Shown: piece after piece, positions 50,630 to 59,839 of the stretch
How positions within the stretch are numbered: the first letter of the stretch is position 1
Layout: each line of letters starts with the position of its first letter
DNA from: Octopus bimaculoides
Taxonomy: Eukaryota
Direction: 5' to 3'
DNA: 59,839 bases
NCBI RefSeq assembly: GCF_001194135.2
Contig: NC_068982.1
Coordinates: 120,383,138-120,442,976 of the forward strand
Made by a program: the position numbers and the translations under genes
Notes under the pieces: model-generated
Database searches by the model: none
What the model was told of the DNA's origin: nothing
The model's input: the letters and a program-made list of their open reading frames with translations, nothing else

Positions 50630-51125
50630 GTGTGTGTAAGGGGTCTGTGTATATTAGTTACATGCCAGACCCTAGCCCCCACCAAGAGAAAGCACCATTG
50701 GAAAGTACTGTGGTTCACACTGCCATTCTCTTTAAACGTTAAGACCGGAGTAGGTAAGATATTCCTTAGTTTAGTTGATAGGCACTTCCCCATATCAACA
50801 GATTCAACAAAATATTTAATAGACATACTCTGAGATTATCCTTTAGCTGTGCACCTACTATAAAAAAGATTTTAGTAGATAGGCCCAACTTGTCCACTGA
50901 ATGGCCACTGCAATATGGAGAGTTGTTTATGAGGCAGAACTAACAACAACAGGACCCATTGGACAATGGGTGTGGAAGTATGTGGGGGGCAACAGAAGGC
51001 CTCTTCAGAATTCACTTTAATAACCACTAGTCTTCCTTCAACATCCCAGAGAGGCAAGCATGTTTGGGCTTTGAAAGAAAGCGCCACAGAGTACAGTTTG
51101 GAGTGGAAGATCCTATAAAAATGCA
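50630..51125 (+). mobile_element. Penelope-like retroelement remnant (RT-linker plus GIY-YIG endonuclease), frameshifted
   Basis: Across frameshifts it reads [30 protein letters not shown] / [20 protein letters not shown] / CPLNGHC / VVYEAE...KYVG / ATEGLFRIHFNNH*SSF / HVWALKE..EYSLEWKIL, matching my recollection of PLE linker and GIY-YIG motifs. Confidence 0.8.
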
Positions 51126-51254
51126 AACTGTATTTCAATAGAAGCAGGAAGTGCCGCTGAATGACTAAAATGAGGATATTGAAGTAAAACTAAATTAACC
51201 AATTTCTAAATAACTTCTGCATTAATAACGACTTACCATGCTTTGAAAAATATC

Positions 51255-51303
<49 letters not shown>

Positions 51304-52179
51304 GGCGCGTATGTGTGTTACTAATAAAAGTAACAAAGTCTTCTAAACAGAGTGAAATATTACAAAATTCTGAGCATTTACAGCACAACATTTACATATT
51401 GTTATTATATCTATTTCTTTTTTTTTTTTTTTTTTGCAGATTCGGAATTTCCGCAGTCGAAAAAGTAGGTTTCTGAAGGAGAGAAAAAAAGTGGGGGGCG
51501 GTCGTCCATGTCCTTTACCTCCGCCGAAAGTTCTTCGGTAATTTTCTTTCATGTAAATAAATGTTTATGTTGATTTTAAAATCTGACAACGAAATCTTAT
51601 AAAATGACAATGCTCTAAAAGATGTACATTACATATTCATATGTTAAATATGAAAATAAAAAATCTTTATTAGCACTACATTATCTACTGTGTCTTGTCT
51701 TAGGGGAAAACAATAAAAAACATTTTTTTCAAAAGAAACAGGTGTTATTTGGGAGGAGATTTGACTCCGTTTTCTAGCAGGTCGAGCTTGAGGGTCCCGC
51801 CTTGTCGCCTTAGGTATGTCATGAGGATGGGAGGAGAGTGAAAGGAGAAAGCAACTTTATACTTCTAGAGACTGTTACAGTCTTTAAAGTTCGCAGTTTG
51901 AAAGTAAAATACGTCAAAAAACGAGAGTCAGCAATTCAGTAGCAAGATGTTTCCAATAAGACCTGAAAGGGTGAATAAACGGGGAGAGGGCTCTACAGCC
52001 AGTGAAAACTGTTGCTGCAATGCGGGAATATAATTCGTCAATATACCAATGTCTGAAAAGTGTTAGTAAATAAACAAATATTACTACCTAAAACCTTGTA
52101 TTATGATACAAGGAAGTAAATAGTCGTACTAGCTGTATTTTACGATATACATGAGCAATATATGTATATTTTTTTATTG

Positions 52180-52340
52180 TTTAGCTCCAGAACTGCCCAG
52201 AGGGAGCAAACCTATGTTCATCACGTCTTTTTAAGGATATCTAGAATTATATTACCCAATGTGCCTTTGTAAGATAGGACATGGTAAAATTCGCTGCTAT
52301 TTCTAGCAGGTCGTATTACCACGTAAAGGTCCTTTGTTTA
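52180..52340. repeat. Dispersed repeat family E (GGGAGATTTGGCTGCTATTTCTAGCAGGTCGA motif), unclassified and SINE-like
   Basis: The motif recurs at ~13480-13520, 23740-23790 (inverted), 25280-25310, 26140-26180, 37080-37130 (inverted), 46205-46250, 48330-48370 (inverted), 51745-51790 and here, often next to a TTGTTGTT-TAGC-CCAG end. Confidence 0.6.
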
Positions 52341-52635
52341 TATATTGATATGTGAAACAAGGTTTTAGAGCAAAATAAAATGTGCCCTTGGAATGGTCTG
52401 TATGGATAACTAGATTAATTTAATGAGGTCCTCGTAGTTTAAAGGTCAAATATCACCGAGATCAACTATCTTTTTCGATGGCGATAAATTACCAGTACGG
52501 CGCTAATAGCGAGAGAACAGATAAAACCCCTCTTACCAAACTTGTGGAAATGTTCCTATATTAAGAATGAAAGACGACGAAAACAAAATAAAAAAGAATG
52601 CAGATGCAGGAAAATATTAGATTAATGACACTTAC

Positions 52636-52964
52636 TTAAAAGCTGCGGACAGTCCAATAGCTTGAGGAAAAGAAGTAGCTGGCCCTGCGTCAGCATCACC
52701 ACGGAGACATTCTGTGTCCCATTGATATGGTTTTATTCCTAGTCTGGGAATGGCAGGAGCGGGATACACAGATCCACCCCGTGAAAGCTGTAAAATAGTT
52801 TCATTTATAGTTAAGCGACTAACTAAATCGTTCACTCGGGCAGAAAAACTCAAGGATGTGTTTTGGAATGGATATATTCCATAATGTTCCGCCAGCACAG
52901 GATATTTTCCACTGTGAGCTGACAGAAGTAGGAATACAGAAATTATAACACTTGCTGTGTGCAT
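52636..52964 (-). CDS. GH3 beta-xylosidase/alpha-arabinofuranosidase-like glycosidase, coding exon 1 of 12
   Basis: ATG at 52964; MHTASVIISVFLLLSAH (signal-peptide-like)...YPFQNTSLSFSARVNDLVSRLTINETILQL...AIPRLGIKPYQWDTECLRG...ATSFPQAIGLSAAF-AA|gtaagt; 329 nt, phase 2. Confidence 0.93.
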
Positions 52965-55900
52965 CGTTGACGCTTTCACTGTTGTGCTACATTATTTTCG
53001 ACCAAATAGAGTTATCTACCCATGTTTTGAAATTGCATACGGGAAAAAGACGTCTTTAGCATTAACAGTTTCAGTTTCAAAATTCCTTCATCCTTCTTCT
53101 TGACTCGGTTTCCGCATGACTTTTTGAGGGTTATATATTTTTTTTATGAAATAATGCAAGAGATACGTTTTCGAGTGTAGATTACGAATATGTTAGTTTT
53201 TTTCTTCTTCTTTTTGAGGAGGTTTAGATTATTCTCCCGACCTTGTTTCCTCGTTACATTCTCTAAAATTCGTATTTTAAACGACATTTTGCAGAAACCT
53301 GTTTTCCAAAATGTCGATTACATAATGTTGATGTTACAAACATAAATCGGAAAATAAGAAAAACGTGGTTAGAAGCTTGCTTCCTAACCTCATGGTTCCG
53401 GGTTCAGTCTCACTGCGTAGCCTTGAACAACACGAGCTGACCAAAGCTTTCAGGGTAGATTTGGCTGTTGGAAACTGAAAGAAGTCCGTCGTATGGGTAT
53501 GTGTGTGTGTGTTTGATTACCACCACTTGACCTCAGGTGCTAGTGTGTTTACATTCTTGTAACCTGGCGGTCCAGCAAAAGTACCAGGTTTAAAGAATCA
53601 GGCTGATTCATTTAACTAGAAATTCTTTAAGGCGGTGCTCCATCATGGCCGTAGTCTAATGACTGAAAATAGTTAAAGAAAATGCAAGATTTACTGAAAT
53701 TAGTGTTAGCAATGTTCTTGGTGGTGTGAAGAATTATCTGAAACCCCTCTCTCGACCCATGAAAGGTAACAGGTAAAGTTGACCGCATAATGCACAGAGT
53801 GCAAATAAATAGTAAAATGAATTTTGTTGATTACTAATGATTCTGCTTTTTTTTTACCATGCACACATGCATGCACACACACAGATATACTTCTATGTGT
53901 ATTGTGTAATTGATGCATTTAACATAATATGAATGAAAGACTCAAATACAGTTCATAGAATTGAAATAATATTTAATGTTAATTCTCAAAATAAGATGGC
54001 AAGTTGGCAGAATTGTTAACATGACAAACAAAATGCTTAACGGCATTTCATTTGTCTTTGTATTCTGAGTTCAACCTTGGCCGAGGCCAACTTGGCCTTT
54101 CATCCTTTTGGCAGGGTCAATAAAATAAGTACCAGTCAAGTACTGGTGTCAGTGTAATCAACTTATCCTCTCCCCCAAAATTGCTGGCCTTGTGCCAAAA
54201 TTTGAAACCAATACTAAATAGCATATTGTTAATGTGCCTGACTAAAAAGGGTAAGCAGCATTTCTCACAGTTTAACGTTCTGAGTTCAAATACTGTCAAT
54301 AAGATAAGTACTAATTGACCACTGGGGTTGATGTCATTGATTTACACCCTCCCCCACCCCGAAACTGCTGGCCTCGTGCCAAAATTTGAAACTAATATTG
54401 AATAGCACAGGAATGTGGCTGTATGAGTGTGCATATACACATATGTATGTATGTATGTATGTAAGCATGTATGAATGTATAAATATCCAGCCAACCATAG
54501 CAGTCACCTGCAAGTGAATGTAACTTAGTAGCATGTATCATGCTTTGGTCAATTGTTATAGGTGCCCATGAAATCATGAGCAGGCATAGACCCCCACCCA
54601 CTTTAGCATGACATACATTTAAACATTAATGTTCTCTCCCAGCATGATGTAATTATAAACATTAAGGTTCATCATAAACATAATAAAATTATTTGCCAAA
54701 GTTAGAGACACTAAGATGGCAGTGAATTAGACAATTTGCTCTGTTACCTGAATAACACTGATGAGCAAACATTTTGGACCACATCCAGAGTAGGGCTCAT
54801 TCTACTGATTAGCATTCAGTTTCAATTATTAAGACACACTCCAGCAGCTCCTGGCCCACAGGCTTGCTGTCTTTTTTCAGTTTCTTTTATAATGCCAGCC
54901 AATACTTTGGAGCTGGCTCCATTACTCAGGCACCACATGTCTCACCACCTCTCCTCATTTTGTTACATCTAACCCCACTCTGGCCCTACACTAACCACTA
55001 TGCCAAGTCCTTCCTTCCAAGAACATTGGTCCTCAGGAATCTCTTCCATTCTCACATCTTGTGTTGTTGTGCAACAGTTTAAATGTAACATTAACATCAA
55101 GCTCACCAGTCTTAGAGGGCTTGCAAAAATCATTGACACTGCCCCTCCTCCAAACTCAGCAAGTTTAAAAAATGAATTTCAACCATATATTTCAAGTATC
55201 AATGTATGTAGAACAACTAACACAGGAGGTGGCTCAGTCTAAATTAATACAAGGGTACCACTTTCTATTTTAAGCTTCATTTTCATATGTTACCTGGCAT
55301 GTTTAAGGCAAATTAGAAGACTAAATCTGGGAGATTATATCTAAACATTACTTTCCTCAGTATGGATATGACCTTTAAGAAACCCAAGTAAAGCTTCCAC
55401 TCCACAAAGATTAAGAAATAAATGAGGTTGGAATAACCTTTATCACTGACCACCTAGTAACCACCAACACTCCTGATATACCAGAAACCTGCCAATCACT
55501 TAAAGTGGATGAAGTTGTGGAAGAGGGAGACCCAGGAAGATATGGGGCAAAGTACTGAAGGTTGATCCCAAAGGGAGATGACAGAGGACTGAGATATGTG
55601 ATTCATTGCAGTACTCAAGAAAATGCACCCACCACAACAAAATTGATATCCTAAAACAAGTGTGCCATGTAAAAAGCAGCTAGCACATCTTTGTTAAATG
55701 TTTGGCATTAGGAAGGGCATTCAGCTATAGAAACCAAGCCAAAATAGACTATGGAACCTGGTGCAGCCCTTGGCCTGACCAGTTCCTGTCAAGCCATCCA
55801 ACCCATGCCAGCATAGAAAATGGACTGTATACGTTGATGTTGATGATGATGATGATGAGGCTAACATTTACATCAGTGCTTTCAGCTAAACTCTACTCTT

Positions 55901-56270
55901 CATTGAATTTGAATAGTTTAGACATGTTTTTCACAGATCTGGATCTCATTCTAAACCCGTGGGCAATTATAGAGTGAATTTTAGGGCTTATAAATCTAAT
56001 ATTCTCTTATCCTTCCTTAATACTGGTTTCTATATGCTATTCATATCTGCACACGGTCTGCTTAAGAAGTTGTTGTGTCCTAGCATGTATTGCTTCTTTT
56101 ATTTTTTATATTTTCCAGTGGTGTTCTCTATTATTTTAACTTCATCCCACAGGTGGAGGTGGTCTCCATTTTTCCATACATGATCAGCTACCACTTAACA
56201 ACTAGTGTTGATTTGTTTATGTCCCTGTAACTTAGCAGTTCAGCAAAAAACACAGATAGAAGAATTATCA

Positions 56271-57290
56271 TTATCATCATCATCATTTAATGTCCATTTT
56301 TCATGCAGGCATGAGTTGGACAGTTTGACAGAACTGGTAAGCTGGGGAGCTGCACCAAGTTCCAATCTGATTTGGCATGGTTTCTACAGCTAGATGCCCT
56401 TCGTAATGCCAACCACTCCAAGAATATAGTGGGTGTTTTTTACATGTCACCAGCATGTGTGCCAGTTACATGACACCAGCATCTGCCATGATTATGATCA
56501 CACTTGGCATAACAGGTCTTCTCAAGCATAGAATATCACTAAAGGTCTTGGTCACCTGTCACTGCCTCCATGAGACTCAATGTTTGAATAGTAGTTTTTA
56601 CGTGCCACCAGTACAGGTGCCGGTCACATGGCACTGACATCAGCCACGACTATGATTTCACTTGGCTTGACAAGTCTTCTCAAACACAGCATATCGCCCA
56701 ATATTCAAAGGGTGTTTTTTACATGCCAGTTAAGCAACGCTGGCATTGACCACAACTGTGATCTGACTTGGCTTCGTGAGTCTTCTCGTGCATGGCATAT
56801 TGCCAAAGGTCTGTCACTTGTCATTGCCTTTGTCAGGCCCAATATTCAATCATGCTTCACCACCTCATCTCATGTCTACCTCTACCACAGGTTCCCTCCA
56901 CCATTAGAATGTAGCACTTCCTCAGATAGCTGTCCTCGTCCATACGCATCATATGACCATACTAGCGCAGTCATCTCTCCTGTAACCACATCTGATGCCT
57001 CTTACGCTCAACTTTTCTCTCAAGGCACTTACACTCCATTGTGCATGCACACTGACATTACATATCCAGTGAAGCATACTAGCCTCATTTCTTACAAGCC
57101 TACACATGTCCTCAGTAGTCACAGCCCATGTTTCACTGCCATGTAGCATGGCGGTTCACACACAGGTATTATACAATTTGCCTTTCACTCTGGGAGAGGT
57201 CCTTTGTTACCAGCAGAGGTAGGAGCTTTCTGAACTTATTCTAGCAGCTACGAACTCAGAGCATCTACCCTCACTACTGACTTGGTTACC
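56271..57290 (-). mobile_element. RTE-clade LINE 3' fragment (RT C-terminus, long 3' UTR, (GAT)n tail)
   Basis: ORF 56949..57149 MLHGSETWAVTTEDMCRLVRNEASMLHWICNVS is an RTE-type post-RT segment. The 3' UTR has the GGCATTACGAAGGGCATCTAGCTGTAG motif and ends in a (GAT)-rich tail at ~56271-56290. Confidence 0.8.
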
Positions 57291-59839
57291 TAGGTAACAG
57301 AAGCTATTAACTACTTCTCATAGATTTGAAATCCAATATTAAGTCTGTGAGAGACTAATATCTTTAAAACCATATATATACATAATTTCTTGGCTATTCC
57401 AAACTGCAATATGACTTGCAATAGTTGATAAGAAAAGAAAGGTTCATCGCTGTTGTATTTTTCTATGGACAAACAAACTGCTGTTGTAGCCATTTTAGTA
57501 TTCTTTTATCTTTTTTTGTCTGTTTCAATCATTGAACTGCTCTACCTTCAAGGATTTAGTCACTACCTTCAAGTCAAATTTTAGCATAAGGCCAGCAATT
57601 TCAGGAGAGGGAGTAAGCCGATTACATTGACTCCAGTATCAACTGGTACTTATTTTATCAACCTTGAAAGGATGAAAGATGAGGTCAACCTCAGGGGAAT
57701 TTGAACTCAGAATCTGCAATCCTGATTAAAAACAATCAACAATGTAACAAATAAACTTGACCATAACAGCAACAAATAAAAAAGAAAGTATGCTACTCAA
57801 CAACCCCCATCCAAATATGGATGTTGTTATAACCTAGAAAAAGGTAAAAAAAAGATATATGAGAATTCCCACCTACCTGCAGAATTCTAACATTGCCAGA
57901 ATGAGGTGGACCATAAAAGCAAACATAGAATCGGCATTTCAACCATTTCTACAAAATCTGAAGTAAAAGACATTTAAGACTCATGCTCTGCTTTCACAAA
58001 TCCACTGTGCTATCAAACCTTATAGTTAATGTCCATGACATTTATGCGATCATTCAGTTAATGAAAAAATTAGCAAAATCCCCCCTCAATTAAACCCAAC
58101 CCTCTTTAAAAAAGGAAGCATCTATATACAAAGATATACAAAAAAAAAAAATGGAAATTTTGAAGTTGGAACACTTGATCATAAGTCAGTTCAATCAGAA
58201 CTAACCTTGAGTTAAATAACAACAACCATGACAATGGCATACTGCTCAATGAGAGATCCTTGGATTTTGCCAACTAGTTGAAAAATAGCAGCAGAAAATG
58301 GAGATTTTTAACTGATCAATCATTTAAATTCTGGCTTCCATGCTAGTATGGGTTGGATGGTTTGACAGGGTCTGATGAGTTGAAGGATTGCATCGTTCAC
58401 TAATTGCCCCTTCAGCACGGTTTCTATCACTGGATCCCCTTTCTAATGCCAACCACTTTACAGGATGTACCGGGTGCTTTTTTTGTAGCACCATTACTGG
58501 TGATTATTACCTCAAAGACTAAGGCCCTAAAGTGGCCCCTTAAACTGAGGGGAACTGAAGAGAGAGTGAGCAATGATCCTAGGAGAGAAACAAGAATGGC
58601 AAGGAATAGGGAGAAATAAGGGATTAATGGTAGGTTGAGAAAAAGAGAGGGATAGTGTTGAAAAGGTGATGAGGAAGATTGTGTAAAGAGGGAATCTAGA
58701 GCTATCCAGCATTTTAAAGGGTGAGTATGGACAGGTGTGAGAGAATGGGGACAGGAAAGGGTCAAGAGGAATCTTAAATCATTGAAAGAGAGATGTAAGA
58801 AGGGTCAGAGAGGGGAAAAATGAGGAGTGGGTTGGGACATTGCAGAGACAGAGAAGCTGTAGAGAACTGTGTGACAAAAAGAGGCAGAGGGAGTATGACA
58901 AGTAGATACTGAAGAGTGCTCCAGAGGTAGGAAGAAGAGAAAGAGGTGAGAGAAACAGTGGGTGGGTACAACAAGGGAAAGAAATGCTAGAGAGCATCCT
59001 AGATGTAAGAGAGGGATACTGAGATAAAGGTAAGAGATGTTGCTGGGTGGCAATAGAGGTAACTCAGGAGAATGTACTGTGAGTGATGAAGAGATGAGAT
59101 TCTTGAAGGATATGGTGACAGGCAGTAAGATGGTGTTGGAGGAGAATAGTATACAAGTATATAGATGCACACCCATACATGTGTTATGGATTCTTAATCA
59201 CTACCCTTTCCATAGGTAGATATGTCTTATGTAGCACCACCTATCACCAGTCAGTATGATTCTTTATCATCTCCTCTGTGAAATGTATCTTCAGGTCAGC
59301 CTTTACTACTTTGTCCTAAGTCTTCCTTAGTTTCACCTGTCCACAGGTTCCACTATCTTGGAGAGAGTAGAACTTATGGAAGAGAGATACCAAAGAATTT
59401 TGAAAAAGATACTTTGAACTGCTCAGAAAATACCAATCAACAAATATCAAGGTTACAAGGTTTTAATTACAAGATTCTAATTTACATATAAATATATTTT
59501 GGCAATTATTTTACATGAATGTCTCAGTTATTTGTTTTTTTTATGTCTATTCGTTGAGAATATTTTTCAGTAAGTCATCTCGGTAATATTTTTCTCTGGT
59601 ACAGATTTCTTTGTTTACCATGTCTTTTGTATGAGAATGAATTTCAGAAATTTCACAAGTGTAAAACTTTACTCCATTGTTTTGCTCATCACAATGAAAC
59701 GTTCTTTCTTAGATGCTTTAATGACAAAAGTGAATTAATTTATCAACTATAAGTTTATAATTCACAAAGATTTTTTTTTCTTAATTTTAATGGAAGGCCA
59801 TCTCACAAATACGAACACACATACAGATATACATACATA

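Noticed and set aside
58480-59300. Purine-rich block with several 60-123-aa ORFs, possibly a LINE endonuclease remnant
   Set aside because: I could read no diagnostic motif; the ORFs reflect strand compositional bias. Left unannotated, as is the similar block at 38400-38660.

Overview
AT-rich, repeat-dense eukaryotic genomic DNA from a draft assembly with N gaps. The repeat landscape (tRNA-derived SINEs, RTE 3' ends with (GAT)n tails, abundant AT/CA microsatellites) suggests an octopus; this is an inference. I reconstructed two complete, convergent, spliced genes by hand, with GT-AG junctions and consistent phases. (1) CLYBL-like citramalyl-CoA lyase: + strand, 6 coding exons, 10850-19604, 336 aa. 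(2) A secreted-type GH3 beta-xylosidase-like glycosidase: - strand, 12 coding exons, 52964-22516, 743 aa. Introns and flanks hold mariner/Tc1, pogo, piggyBac-like, Gypsy, RTE and Penelope remnants and several SINE families. The best unannotated signal is a type I hammerhead ribozyme with an intact core and palindromic helix III (- strand, 50210-50299). It lies beside a Penelope-like GIY-YIG remnant and is sense to the GH3 pre-mRNA in intron 1. Several long inverted-repeat elements and hairpins also merit a look. Almost all other ORFs in the supplied track are microsatellite, N-gap or repeat artefacts. Repeat boundaries are approximate unless termini are quoted.
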